From Candidatus Acidiferrum sp. (lineage in GTDB: Bacteria > Acidobacteriota > Terriglobia > Acidiferrales > UBA7541): a DNA stretch of 64,000 nt. The stretch spans positions 964-64,963 of the forward strand of contig DASXLA010000041.1 in the NCBI GenBank assembly GCA_036496505.1. Reading direction: 5' to 3'. The position numbers were made by a program, and so were the translations under genes. The stretch's first letter is position 1. Each line of letters starts with the position of its first letter. Below the pieces are notes generated by a model. The model worked only from the letters and a program-made list of their open reading frames with translations. It was not told the DNA's origin and made no database searches. This document shows, one piece after another, positions 39,934 to 49,884 of the stretch.

Positions 39934-41373
39934 TCAGTTGTTGGCCGCGAGGACGGCGGCCGAAGCATCGTAGCGTTCCGAAAGCTGCAACAGATTTTCA
40001 GCAAGTGGCGGCAGATAGTCTTCCCAGGACAAGACACCCGAGCGCAACGGGAAAGCGGGGTACTGCCGTCGCACAGCATCCTCTAACAAAACGCCCATTT
40101 GCGCCATCATCTTGAGGTTGCGGACCACGGTGCGGCCGATGCCGTCGCGCAAAGCGTCGCGCTCGAGCACCAGGGTCTCCATGATATGCAGCAATTTGGG
40201 CTCAAGCTCGGGATCATCGACGGTGAGAAATAGATCTTCGTGCCCGCGGTCGCGCATGAGATTGCGAATGCGCTCATCCATGGTCACACCGGCGGAGGCC
40301 ACGAGGCTGGGCATGGAGGTGACGATGCCGTGATAGCGCGAGGAGACCATGTAGGTGCAGGCGCGCAGGATGGAAACGAGCTGGAACATGTCGTAGTCGT
40401 CGGAGGTGAAGACCGGCGTGCCGGGAATTTGCGCGGCAATTTCGCGGCAAGCGACGGCATCGAGGCGCTCCATGGCGACGAGGATGGGAAAAACGCGATG
40501 GCGCTGGAGAAAGGCCTTGGTGGCGTTGGTCATTCCGGAAACGTAGCGATGGAATTTGCGATCGACCTCGTGCCCAGATTCGTGAAAATAAACGGTGCGG
40601 TACTGGCTGTCTTTGTAGGCGCCAGTGGTGACGCGCGCGAGATATTTGGCGATGGAAGCTTTGACGGGCCACACGAAGGGGTGAATGGGGCACAGGACGA
40701 GGATCTGGGTTTTGCCGTCCCAGCCGGAATCACGGAGCACTTTCTGCGCGTAGGACTGCGGATGAGGCTCGAACGTCCAGGCGGTGTCGGTCCCCAATTC
40801 GGCCTGAATGCCGAGGGAACCCAGCAGAGCCTGCGATTCGGTATTGCGCGTGATGATCAGGGATTCGCCGACGTAGCGCGAGCACATATTCTGAATCAAC
40901 GGATCCATGTGGCCCGCTTCGCCCCCGTAGCCCACCGACAATTTATTTTCCGCGGAGGCCAAGCCCAGCGAGCCAATCATCATGGTGGTGAGGGCGTTGG
41001 CAAATTTGCTTTTGAACATGGAGCCTTCGCAGGCGATGACCCCATGATTTTTGCGGACTTCACGGTAAAGGAACGGCGGGAAGACGTCGGGCAGATGCAC
41101 TTGGCGAGAGCCTTCGAAATAACCCTTTGTGCGGGCAAAATCCTGGGTCATCACGCTGAAATCGACATTGGCCGCGCCCAGGACGTGACGAATCTGGTGA
41201 AGCATTTCGTTTACGCGGACGTCGCTACCGGTGTTGCGAGTGCCGTTGTACCCCGCAAATAACAGGCGGAGTTTTTCGTGGCGATTCCAGCGTTGACCGC
41301 ACCCCAGCATCCAATTCAGCCGAGCGATACCGATGAGAGCGCTGACCCACGCGACTAGGATCACGTCGGTCAT
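39934..41373 (-). CDS. Polysaccharide pyruvyl transferase-like protein
   Basis: GYNG.RNTGSD N-terminal motif and SSRYHG.V C-terminal motif; ATGA overlap with the upstream gene. Confidence 0.72.
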   Translation of the reverse strand: MTDVILVAWVSALIGIARLNWMLGCGQRWNRHEKLRLLFAGYNGTRNTGSDVRVNEMLHQIRHVLGAANVDFSVMTQDFARTKGYFEGSRQVHLPDVFPPFLYREVRKNHGVIACEGSMFKSKFANALTTMMIGSLGLASAENKLSVGYGGEAGHMDPLIQNMCSRYVGESLIITRNTESQALLGSLGIQAELGTDTAWTFEPHPQSYAQKVLRDSGWDGKTQILVLCPIHPFVWPVKASIAKYLARVTTGAYKDSQYRTVYFHESGHEVDRKFHRYVSGMTNATKAFLQRHRVFPILVAMERLDAVACREIAAQIPGTPVFTSDDYDMFQLVSILRACTYMVSSRYHGIVTSMPSLVASAGVTMDERIRNLMRDRGHEDLFLTVDDPELEPKLLHIMETLVLERDALRDGIGRTVVRNLKMMAQMGVLLEDAVRRQYPAFPLRSGVLSWEDYLPPLAENLLQLSERYDASAAVLAANN

Positions 41374-42530
41374 GCGTGCGCGGGCCCCGCAATCGCAGGA
41401 ATTGCCGCGGAGGCGGTCGCCGGCCAAGCCTTCGCGGGATAGCGGAATTTATTTTCGCGGCTGAACCTTAATAAAGGATGAGCGTACGTGGAAAATTTCG
41501 CGGGAGCTTCGCCGCCGAGCTCCGCAACCACGCGCGAGTTATCGAAAACGGTGTTCCAGTTCAGGTAAGGCCAGAAAACCTTGAGCAGCGAGGCGCCGTA
41601 GCCGGTGGCCCCGCCTCGGCGCGAAAGCCATTCGACGGTGCGGGAAAACGGCCCGCCCAGCGACGGTAAATAAATTGGCTTGGCGGTGTGCCCGGCGGCG
41701 GCGAGCGCGCTGGTCAATTCGCGGAACGTCTGCGAGCCCGTGCCGGACGACAAATGATAAATGGTGTGCGCCGGAGAAGCCTTCTGGTGAATGGTTACGA
41801 TGGCTTTGCCCACGTAGTTAGCGGGCACGATATCAATGCGGTCCGCGGGACGCAAGGGCAGGACCGGGAGGCGCGAGAGAACGTCGAAGGCCTGCACCAT
41901 GTCGAATTGCGTGGTTTGCTGCCAGCGGCTGTCGCCGAGGACAATAGCGGGACGAAAAATTGTGGTGGAAACGTCGGGCAGCAGTTGATGAACCATGTGC
42001 TCGCCAAATTTTTTGGTGCGGGCGTACGGGTCGTAATCGGAACGGGTCCAATCAATGGCAGCATCTTCAGTAACAATTTCATTCTGGCGGCGGCCGGCGA
42101 CGGCCACGGTGGACACGTGCGAATAGCGGCGCAAGCCATTGCGGCTCTGCACACGGCGCGCCAGTTGTATCACTTCGAGGGCGCCCCGCAAATTCACATT
42201 GAGGCACTGGCGCTCGGATTTGCGGTTGAGGGAAGCGGCGCAATGAATGATGGAATCGGTCGACTCGACGAGCTGGTGATAGGCATCCTCGGGCAGGCCG
42301 AAGAACTCGTTGGTGAGATCACCGAGAAAAATACGCACGCGGGTGTTGAGGTACTGCGAAAATTCCGGAAATTCAAAATGGAGCTGGAGAGAATTCCAGA
42401 GGCGCTCGCGCGCTTCCTGCTCGGATTTGGCCCGGACGAGCAGGTTTAAATGATCGCCGTGCTCGCGGAGGAGCCCGGCGACGAGATAGCTGCCCAGGTA
42501 GCCGGTCGACCCGGTTACGAAGATCGCCAT
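41370..42530 (-). CDS. Extended SDR / thioester (fatty acyl) reductase
   Basis: [21 protein letters not shown] (YxxxK) and RPAIV motifs. Confidence 0.88.
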   Translation of the reverse strand: MAIFVTGSTGYLGSYLVAGLLREHGDHLNLLVRAKSEQEARERLWNSLQLHFEFPEFSQYLNTRVRIFLGDLTNEFFGLPEDAYHQLVESTDSIIHCAASLNRKSERQCLNVNLRGALEVIQLARRVQSRNGLRRYSHVSTVAVAGRRQNEIVTEDAAIDWTRSDYDPYARTKKFGEHMVHQLLPDVSTTIFRPAIVLGDSRWQQTTQFDMVQAFDVLSRLPVLPLRPADRIDIVPANYVGKAIVTIHQKASPAHTIYHLSSGTGSQTFRELTSALAAAGHTAKPIYLPSLGGPFSRTVEWLSRRGGATGYGASLLKVFWPYLNWNTVFDNSRVVAELGGEAPAKFSTYAHPLLRFSRENKFRYPAKAWPATASAAIPAIAGPAHA

Positions 42531-44908
42531 AAGGGGTCGGGAGGCGCGGTAGAGTTCGAAAGCGCGGCGCGAGCCGGGGCAGCGGTCCAGTCCAGCTCGC
42601 GAGGAGTGCGCGATTCGAGCGGGCGGCCTTCCATGAGCGGATAACACCAGCGGCGCAGCGCCGGGATGTGCACGTTAATCCAGTAATCCCACCAGTCGAT
42701 GGCTTCCGGGGCAAATTCGAACACGGGACTCTCGCCGCGAGGAAGCGCCGCCGACAACATGCGGGTGTTTTCGCATTCGAACACGTGCTCGTTGTGCAGG
42801 ATGAAAGGCTCGTAAAGCTCGATCAATTTTTCGGCGCGATTCAGGTCGCGCTCGGCCTTGGCGAGCGGGGGCTTTTTGATTTTGAGGGCGCTGGCCGCGC
42901 GATTGATGCGGGACACGACTGCCTTCTGCATGGGAATGGACATGCGTTCGTAGCGCTGCTTGGATACCGGAATGGTTTCGAACTTTACCTTGAGCCAATT
43001 GTCGACGCTCTGCGCCATGCGGTAGTGCTTGCGATGGGCCAGGCCGGTCAACTCGATGCTGCGGCCCATGTTGACGGGATTGACGGCGGAAGTGGCGAGC
43101 TGGTACATGCGCGCGTTTTTGCGGGCGATGACCGCGGCGGCGATGAGGCTCATGCCGCGGCAGACCATGTCGACGGGAATGACGTCCAGACATTTGCGGG
43201 CGTTGGTGGGAAGCTGGCGGAAATTGGTGCCCAGCAAATAAGAGAGCGGACCGGAAGTATTAATACCCTCGTTCCAGCCGGAAAACGGAGAGCGCTCCGA
43301 ACTTTCCACGATGGACGGCCTCACGATGGCAATGGGCAAGTCCTTGCCACGCGTGGCCAGCACCGATTCGCCGAGACTCTTCGTAAAAGTGTAAGTGTTG
43401 GGCCACCCGAGATGCTGAGCGCGACGCATGCCGATGCGCACAAGACGGTTGCGCGCCCAGCGGATGCGATTGCGCTTGAGCACGCCGTCAAGTTCCCTGG
43501 CGGGGACGACGGAATCGTCGACGCCACGGCCCAGCGCCTGGCGCTTCAAAGCGGCGATGAGCTCAACGCCTTCGGCGCGGTCTTCGACGCGGCGAATGGT
43601 CTCGCGCAGGGATTCGATTTCGTGGAAGACATCGAAATCGGGGTCGCCCGATGGATTGTAATTGGCTTTCAATTCCTCATTGACGCGGCCGTCGCGCATG
43701 CCGACGACGAAACAGGTGGAAAGATGCATCAGGCCGGCGTGCTCGCAGCGGCGCATGAATTCGAGGAGGTGCACGGCGGAATCGACATTGGAGGAGAGGG
43801 CTTCGCGCAAATCGGGATTGAAATCGGTGAGCCCGGCGCTGTTGACGATCAGGTCGAGCGACCGGGTGAGGCGCGCCTGCACGGCTTCGCCGAGACCGAG
43901 ACCGGGGGCGCTGACATCGCCTTCGACGACCTCGACTTTTTCCTTCAGGAACGCGCCCAGGTTGCGGCCATAGCGATCCTGCAGGGTGTCGAACGCCGGA
44001 GACTCCTCGACAATTTTCTCGAAACGCCGCTGCGCCGAAGTCGTCCGGTTGCGGCGGATCAGCAAAGTGATTTTGCCAATGTCCGGAATATTTTCGAGCA
44101 GGTCGACGAGCCAGACCTTGCCGATGAAACCGGTTACGCCAATGAGCATGATGTGGCGGTTGGCGAGGGTGGCGCGCACGGAAAGTTGATCGACGCGCGG
44201 ACTTTCGCCGAACAGCGCGACAGTTCTTGAACCAGGCACGCGCGAGCGCTCGCTGCCCTGCACCGCGGCTTCGGGCAACGAGGGATTGCCGGTCCATCCA
44301 AGCTGGCTGAGCAATTTTTCGCGCGTGACCCGGCCGTCCGTGGAACCGCTGGCCACCCACGCCAGCGGGCCCCGGGGGCGCACGACGGGATCGAGGAGTC
44401 GGCCGGTGGCGATGCCGTCGCGAAACTCCAGCCGGTTGGCGATGATGGACTCCACGCCAAAGTGTTTTGCGAGGGGCTTCAGAATATGTTCCAGAAGCTG
44501 GCTGACCAGGACAACTTGTTCGCCGGCGCGCAGGGCTTCCACAAGTTTGTCGACGGCTTCGCGCCGCAGCTGCGGTTTCAGGACGTACTGGAAATATTCC
44601 TCGCCGAGCAAATCGAGCCGGTCGCGGCTGACTCCGCGCAGGAGGATGTGCAGGAAGCGCGTGGCAAACGTGCGGCTGGCGGCATAAGTAAAAGGGCGCA
44701 CCAGCGCCATCCCCGCCATGCCCGCGCGCCGCGCCCAGCGCTCGGCGTAGCTGCGGGAATTCCACGTGAAAAAGAGCACCGGGCGGAGGGCCCCCAGTTC
44801 CAGCAAGGATCCCTCTACGCGCCAGTAAGTAACGGGTTTACCGGCGCCGGGCAGGGGTTGGCCGGCGGCTTCGAGCGCACTCTGCGAATTGTCAGATGAG
44901 GTGGACAT
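42515..44908 (-). CDS. HAD-like domain fused to fatty acyl-CoA reductase (FAR/male-sterility type)
   Basis: N-terminal SerB/HAD-IB-like region ([12 protein letters not shown]); [34 protein letters not shown] and DVIPVD motifs. Confidence 0.88.
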   Translation of the reverse strand: MSTSSDNSQSALEAAGQPLPGAGKPVTYWRVEGSLLELGALRPVLFFTWNSRSYAERWARRAGMAGMALVRPFTYAASRTFATRFLHILLRGVSRDRLDLLGEEYFQYVLKPQLRREAVDKLVEALRAGEQVVLVSQLLEHILKPLAKHFGVESIIANRLEFRDGIATGRLLDPVVRPRGPLAWVASGSTDGRVTREKLLSQLGWTGNPSLPEAAVQGSERSRVPGSRTVALFGESPRVDQLSVRATLANRHIMLIGVTGFIGKVWLVDLLENIPDIGKITLLIRRNRTTSAQRRFEKIVEESPAFDTLQDRYGRNLGAFLKEKVEVVEGDVSAPGLGLGEAVQARLTRSLDLIVNSAGLTDFNPDLREALSSNVDSAVHLLEFMRRCEHAGLMHLSTCFVVGMRDGRVNEELKANYNPSGDPDFDVFHEIESLRETIRRVEDRAEGVELIAALKRQALGRGVDDSVVPARELDGVLKRNRIRWARNRLVRIGMRRAQHLGWPNTYTFTKSLGESVLATRGKDLPIAIVRPSIVESSERSPFSGWNEGINTSGPLSYLLGTNFRQLPTNARKCLDVIPVDMVCRGMSLIAAAVIARKNARMYQLATSAVNPVNMGRSIELTGLAHRKHYRMAQSVDNWLKVKFETIPVSKQRYERMSIPMQKAVVSRINRAASALKIKKPPLAKAERDLNRAEKLIELYEPFILHNEHVFECENTRMLSAALPRGESPVFEFAPEAIDWWDYWINVHIPALRRWCYPLMEGRPLESRTPRELDWTAAPARAALSNSTAPPDPLWRSS

Positions 44909-45383
44909 GCGGGTGAGTCATCAGCTTGTCAAAGGCCGCCAACGGATGCAATCAGGCTTATCGCCCAGTCATAATGATCACGAAAATCGCAGCTCAAGTG
45001 CCGCCGGGCGGCGACTGCGCCGCGCTAAAAATACCCGTAATGCGGACCGGCAAAACGGATCACCCTGGAGCGTTCGTCAGGCGCGCCCAGACCCTGCCAG
45101 CCAACCGGCCGGCACACCAAAATACCGCCTAAAAGTAGCACCCCCCGGCAGTGTCAGGCAAGGCATCCCGCGCGCTGAATGCTCATGGAAGCTTTTGGTT
45201 GGCGCGCGACCCGGCACGCCATGATTGGCAATTGCCGCGGACGGTTCCGTCCGTCACGCTTATTTTTCGGGTTCTTTCAGATCCTTATCGTTCGCAGCTT
45301 CGCGTCATACACGCGCATCATACTCACGATCGCGGTTGCGGAATCAAGATCTTTTGGCGCGGCTCAACAGTAGCGGAGGGTGC

Positions 45384-46490
45384 TTAGACGCCCCAGCCGT
45401 AGCGCTCGGCGTGTTCCAGCGTGCGCAGCATTTCTTCGCGCAGAAGTTCAGTGAAGACCGAGCCGCCGATGGCGCGCGCGCCGGGCTCGGCAATGTCCGG
45501 AGTGCGATAGCCGCCGCCGAGGACCCGCAGCAGGGATTGCTCCACCCATTCCGCCTCGAGCGACAAGCCGAAGGCATCGCGCAGCATCATGGTGGCGCTC
45601 AAGATCGAACCGATGGGATTGGCGGCGTCGGAGCCCACAAGCGACGGCGCGGAGCCGTGGATGGGCTCAAAAAGCGGCGCGCTCGAGCCAAAACTCGCGG
45701 AAGGCACCAAGCCGATCGACCCGACCAGCGCCGCGGCGGCGTCGCTGAGAATGTCCCCAAACATATTGGTGCTGAGCAGCACGTCAAACTGCGTGGGCCG
45801 CAGCGTGAGCTGCATGGCGGCATTGTCCACGTACATGTGCTCGAGCTTCACATATGGATAAACGGTGCTCATGGCCGAGACCGTGCGGCGCCACAGCTGC
45901 GAGCTGGCTAGTACGTTGGCCTTGTCCACAGAACACAGCCGCCGCGAGCGGCTCTCCGCGCGCGCAAAAGCGAAAGTCGCGATGCGCTCAATTTCCGGCG
46001 TCGAGTAAGACTCCGTGTCCCACGCCCGCTCCGCCCCATTCTCGGTGGCGTTGCCGCGCTCGCCGAAGTACATGCCCCCGGCAAGCTCTCGCACAATTTC
46101 GATGTCCAGATCGCCGAGGCGCTCGGGCTTCAGCGGAGAAATATCGCGCAGGGGCTCCCAGAGTTTTATGGGGCGAACATTGACGCAGAGTCCCAGCCCC
46201 CTGCGCAGTTCCAGCAAGCCGCTCTCAGGTCGCTTGCCCACCGGGAGCGAATCCCACTTCACGCCCCCGACCGCGCCGAGAAAAACGGCGTCGGCTTTGC
46301 GGCAGGCATCAAGCGTTTCGGCGGGCAGCGGAGTGCCGGTGGCATCGATGGCCGCGCCCCCGATGAGATATTCGCGCATCTCGAACTGGTGCGTGAATTC
46401 CTGCGCGCACTCGCGCAAAACAGTAGCCGCCGCCCGCGTCACTTCCGGGCCGATGCCGTCCCCCGGCAGCAGCACAATGCTTTTTTTCAT
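45384..46490 (-). CDS. leuB: 3-isopropylmalate dehydrogenase
   Basis: LPGDGIGPEV, VDKANVL, NMFGDILSD and EPIHGSAP motifs. Confidence 0.93.
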   Translation of the reverse strand: MKKSIVLLPGDGIGPEVTRAAATVLRECAQEFTHQFEMREYLIGGAAIDATGTPLPAETLDACRKADAVFLGAVGGVKWDSLPVGKRPESGLLELRRGLGLCVNVRPIKLWEPLRDISPLKPERLGDLDIEIVRELAGGMYFGERGNATENGAERAWDTESYSTPEIERIATFAFARAESRSRRLCSVDKANVLASSQLWRRTVSAMSTVYPYVKLEHMYVDNAAMQLTLRPTQFDVLLSTNMFGDILSDAAAALVGSIGLVPSASFGSSAPLFEPIHGSAPSLVGSDAANPIGSILSATMMLRDAFGLSLEAEWVEQSLLRVLGGGYRTPDIAEPGARAIGGSVFTELLREEMLRTLEHAERYGWGV

Positions 46491-46550
46491 GGAAAACTCC
46501 GGCCGTGCTACCTGCTCATCCGGGACCAGGCGGAGCGCCAACGCCGCGCC

Positions 46551-47744
46551 TCAAGCCGCCGGAGACGCTTCGGCGCTCACCGCCACGGGACGCCGCCGCA
46601 ACACTTCATGCGCAATGGCCACCAGATCACGAGGTCGAATGTTCTTGGATTGATCCGCCAGCGCATTCACCCGCAAGTATACCTCTCCAAGTTCGGCATC
46701 GCTTGGCTCATATCCTAAATCGCGCAAGCTCTGGCGCAACGCACTTCGTCCCGAATGTTTCCCCAGCACCATCAGCCGCGAAGGCACGCCCACCGATTCC
46801 GGCGACATAATTTCGTACGTCAGCGGATTCTTGATGATGCCGTCCTGATGAATTCCGGCTTCGTGCGCGAAGGCGTTGGCGCCGACCACGGCTTTATTAG
46901 GCGCGACCTGGGCGCCGGTAATTTCCGTGAGCATGCGGCTGGTGGGAAACAAGTGCTGCATGCGGATATTGGTGGTGACCCCAAAACTTTCTTTGCGCAC
47001 CGCGAGGGCCACCGCAATCTCCTCCAGAGCCGCGTTCCCGGCTCGTTCGCCGATGCCATTGATGGTGCATTCAATCTGGCGCACGCCCGCACGCACCGCC
47101 GCGAGCGAATTGGCCACCGCCATTCCCAGGTCATCATGGCAATGAGCGCTGAGGGTGATGCCGTCGGCGTCGCCGAGGCCCGCGCGCACGCGGTGGAACA
47201 TCTCGCCATATTCCTCGGGCACGGCGTAGCCGACCGTGTCCGGCAAATTCAGGATCGTCGCGCCGGCCTTCACCGCCACGCGGCAAACTTCGCACAGATA
47301 CTCGATATCCGTGCGCCCCGCGTCTTCGGCGGAAAATTCCACTTCACCGATTTTCTGATGGCCGAGCTTTATCATGGCGGCGATGGCTTCCAGAGCCTGC
47401 TCGCGGGTCATATGCAGCTTGACGCGCAGATGCAAATCGGAAGTGGCGAGAAAAATGTGCAGCCGCGGGGAGGCCGCGGGTTCCAGCGCTTCAATGGCGG
47501 CGTTCACATCGTCCCTACGGGCGCGCGCCAGCGCCGCAACGGGCACGGTGCGAATTTCCTGGGCCACCTGGCGCACCGCTTCAAGATCGCCGCGCGAAGA
47601 AATGGGGAAACCGGCCTCGATGACGTCCACGCCGAGCGTGGCCAACTGGTGAGCCATGCGGATCTTCTCCGGGCCATTCATGGAGAAGCCGGGGGATTGC
47701 TCGCCGTCGCGAAGGGTCGTGTCAAATATGCGAACTACGTCCAT
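46551..47744 (-). CDS. leuA: 2-isopropylmalate synthase, short form lacking the C-terminal regulatory domain
   Basis: DTTLRDGEQ, HCHDD, GIGERAGN, HEAGIHQDG and LGKHSG motifs; ends at 397 aa. Confidence 0.9.
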   Translation of the reverse strand: MDVVRIFDTTLRDGEQSPGFSMNGPEKIRMAHQLATLGVDVIEAGFPISSRGDLEAVRQVAQEIRTVPVAALARARRDDVNAAIEALEPAASPRLHIFLATSDLHLRVKLHMTREQALEAIAAMIKLGHQKIGEVEFSAEDAGRTDIEYLCEVCRVAVKAGATILNLPDTVGYAVPEEYGEMFHRVRAGLGDADGITLSAHCHDDLGMAVANSLAAVRAGVRQIECTINGIGERAGNAALEEIAVALAVRKESFGVTTNIRMQHLFPTSRMLTEITGAQVAPNKAVVGANAFAHEAGIHQDGIIKNPLTYEIMSPESVGVPSRLMVLGKHSGRSALRQSLRDLGYEPSDAELGEVYLRVNALADQSKNIRPRDLVAIAHEVLRRRPVAVSAEASPAA

Positions 47745-47813
47745 AGAGAATCACCTGACCCAGTAATGCACCGAAGCGAGCCCCTAGTCAAATTTATCTT
47801 TATTCTGCTTTTG

Positions 47814-47828
47814 ATAATCCTGCCTTAT
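47814..47828. promoter_or_regulatory. LysR-type binding box
   Basis: ATAA-N7-TTAT (T-N11-A) between divergent leuA and lysR. Confidence 0.6.
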
Positions 47829-47848
47829 ACTGCGTTTGAGGCATCCGC

Positions 47849-48739
47849 GTGGATCTTGGCGAACTGCAGGTTTTTCTCACCGTGGCCAAAGAAGGCAGCT
47901 TTTCGCGCGCCGCCGAGCGCCTGTACCGTACCCAGCCGGCGGTAAGCCTCGCCATCCGCAAGCTCGAGGACGGGCTGGGCCAGCCGCTCTTCGTGCGCGG
48001 CTCGCGGCCGGTGCGCATGACCGATGCCGGCACCCTGCTCAAGGACTACGCCGAGCGCCTCATCAATTTGCGGGACGAGGTCAAGAAAGGCCTGACCGAG
48101 CTGAAAGGCCTGGAGCGCGGCGAATTATCCCTCGGCGTGAATGAAAGCTCGATTCACGCGCTGCTGCCGGCGCTGGCCATTTTTCGCGAAAAGCATCCTG
48201 GTGTCCAGGTGCGCGTGCACCGCATGTTTTCGCGGGATATTCCGCACGAAGTGCTGAATTACCGCCTGGACCTCGGCGCCGTGTCCTACGTCCCGCGCGA
48301 TCCGCAACTCCAGGCCACGGAAATACTAAAGGATGAGCTGTCCCTGGTGGTCCCTCCGAAACACGCGCTGGCGCGAAAACGTGAAGTGGATATTGCCGAC
48401 CTGGGCCGCGAGACTTTTATCGCCCACATCGTGGAGTCGCCCTTCCGCCGGCGCGTCATCGAGCTCTTCGCCCGCCACCACACCGAGCTCAACATGCCCA
48501 TCGAGATGCCCACCATCGAGAGCATTAAACGCTTCGTGCAGATGGGCATGGGGGTAGCCATCGTGCCGCGCATGTGCGTGCAGTGGGAAATCGAGCACGG
48601 CTGGATGAAAGAGGTAAAGGTCAAGCAGCTCAACATTCCACGCCACGTCTACCTGGTAGGCCGTCGCGGCGCCCGCCTCCCCCACGCCGCCGCCGAACTG
48701 ATGCGCATCCTGCGCTCCCCGCACTCCCCCGCCGCCTAA
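47849..48739 (+). CDS. LysR-family transcriptional regulator
   Basis: SFSRAAERLYRTQPAVS HTH plus substrate-binding domain. Confidence 0.95.
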   Translation: MDLGELQVFLTVAKEGSFSRAAERLYRTQPAVSLAIRKLEDGLGQPLFVRGSRPVRMTDAGTLLKDYAERLINLRDEVKKGLTELKGLERGELSLGVNESSIHALLPALAIFREKHPGVQVRVHRMFSRDIPHEVLNYRLDLGAVSYVPRDPQLQATEILKDELSLVVPPKHALARKREVDIADLGRETFIAHIVESPFRRRVIELFARHHTELNMPIEMPTIESIKRFVQMGMGVAIVPRMCVQWEIEHGWMKEVKVKQLNIPRHVYLVGRRGARLPHAAAELMRILRSPHSPAA

Positions 48740-48846
48740 GCCAAAACACCCCGCCCTCCCCGCGCACGCGATTGCTCGCGCTGCGCGGCGCCTCCGCACA
48801 CGGTGCCTGTGGCATGTGGTGCTTGTGCTTTGTGGTGCAAACCAAC

Positions 48847-48888
48847 AAAATTGCTATCATTGGCAATCTTTGCCAGCCGTGCTACAGT
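48847..48888 (+). promoter_or_regulatory. parDE promoter/operator
   Basis: TTGGCA-N17-TACAGT overlapped by the inverted repeat ATTGC-N8-GCAAT. Confidence 0.5.
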
Positions 48889-48925
48889 GAACTCGAAATC
48901 TACCTCCATGGAGAGGGCCTCGGTC

Positions 48926-49183
48926 GTGCCTACACGAAATGTTAATTTGACCGACGAGCTTGATCGTTTCGTCGCTAAAAAAGTTAAGACCGGTCGTTAC
49001 GAAAACGCCAGTGAGGTCGTGCGCGCTGGATTGCGGACTTTGGAACGCGAGGAACAGCAGTACGAAGCGAAAATTGCCGTGCTGAAAGCGGCCATTGACG
49101 CTGGCGACGCCAGCGGTATCGCCGAGGGCAACGTATTTGGGCGTGTCCGTAAGGCCCTTAAGCTTCCCGTGTCGCCGCGCTAA
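48926..49183 (+). CDS. parD: ParD-family antitoxin
   Basis: NVNLT....F....V.TGRY.NASEVVRAGLR.LE signature. Confidence 0.9.
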   Translation: MPTRNVNLTDELDRFVAKKVKTGRYENASEVVRAGLRTLEREEQQYEAKIAVLKAAIDAGDASGIAEGNVFGRVRKALKLPVSPR

Positions 49184-49185
49184 CC

Positions 49186-49500
49186 GTGGCTGTGTTTCGT
49201 TTTTCGCGTCGTGCTGAGGCCGACTTGCTGAGCATCGGCGATTACACCTTTCGCACATGGGGCAAAGCCCAAGCCGCCCGTTACCTCGGGGAGCTTGAGG
49301 TTTGCTGCCAGACGCTGTCTGACAATCCGGCGTTAGGCCGACTCTGTGATGAGGTTCGCCCTGGCTTGCGTCGTCTGGAGCATGGCAAGCACGTCGTGTT
49401 TTACCGCCAGGAGCGCGGAGGCATTCTAGTGTCTCGAATCTTGCATCAGGGCATGCTGCCCGAACTTCACTCGACCGAGAATCAAGACGACCAGCCGTAG
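49186..49500 (+). CDS. parE: ParE-family toxin
   Basis: A.ADL..I..YT..WG..QA..Y, P.LGR, H.VFY and RILH motifs. Confidence 0.92.
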   Translation: MAVFRFSRRAEADLLSIGDYTFRTWGKAQAARYLGELEVCCQTLSDNPALGRLCDEVRPGLRRLEHGKHVVFYRQERGGILVSRILHQGMLPELHSTENQDDQP

Positions 49501-49570
49501 TATGCCGACACTTCCCCGTGCAAGAAGCACGAGCCTCGATCACTCGTTGGATCCGGGAGTACAATCACGA

Positions 49571-49702
49571 CCGGGCGCCCGGGACTGATCGCCTGGAATT
49601 TACTTGAGATCGAAATTGGCGGAATTCTATCACTGGCGCACATCGCGCGGGTAAAGTGGTTGGGGTGCCGGGTGCCCCGCGTTCCACCTTTCGCTGCGTG
49701 GG
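49571..49702. repeat. Diverged third copy of the RAYT-flank unit with a variant REP hairpin
   Basis: GGACTGAT..AATTTACTTGAGATCGAAATTGGCGGAATTCTATCACTGGCGCACATCGCGCG is shared with 50620 and 50812. Confidence 0.85.
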
Positions 49703-49744
49703 TCCGGGGCGCTCTGGTTTTGATTTCGTCCTTTTAATGCCAGA

Positions 49745-49817
49745 AAACAAAAAGGGCCGGAATCCCGGGTTCCCGCCCTGTGACTCTTCAATTGGTTGCG
49801 GGGGCCCGATACGTACC
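49745..49817 (-). other. tRNA-fMet 3'-end-like fragment (att-like) followed by a terminator hairpin
   Basis: GGTACGTATCGGGCCCCCGCAACCA versus initiator tRNA GGTTCAAATCCGGCCCCCGCAACCA; then AGGGCGGGAA..TTCCGGCCCT-TTT. Confidence 0.6.
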
Positions 49818-49884
49818 GAATAGACAATTCCTGTCGATACCGTTTCGGAGCGAGCTGGTTCATTGCGCGACATAAGCCTAGCCA

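Noticed and set aside
44909-45383. Riboswitch or leader RNA upstream of the lipid operon
   Set aside because: The long intergenic region has no consensus I could recognise; an Infernal/Rfam search would be needed.
49793-49870. Complete tRNA-Met gene
   Set aside because: Only the 3' 25 nt resemble a tRNA, the T-loop is degenerate, and there are no D or anticodon arms.
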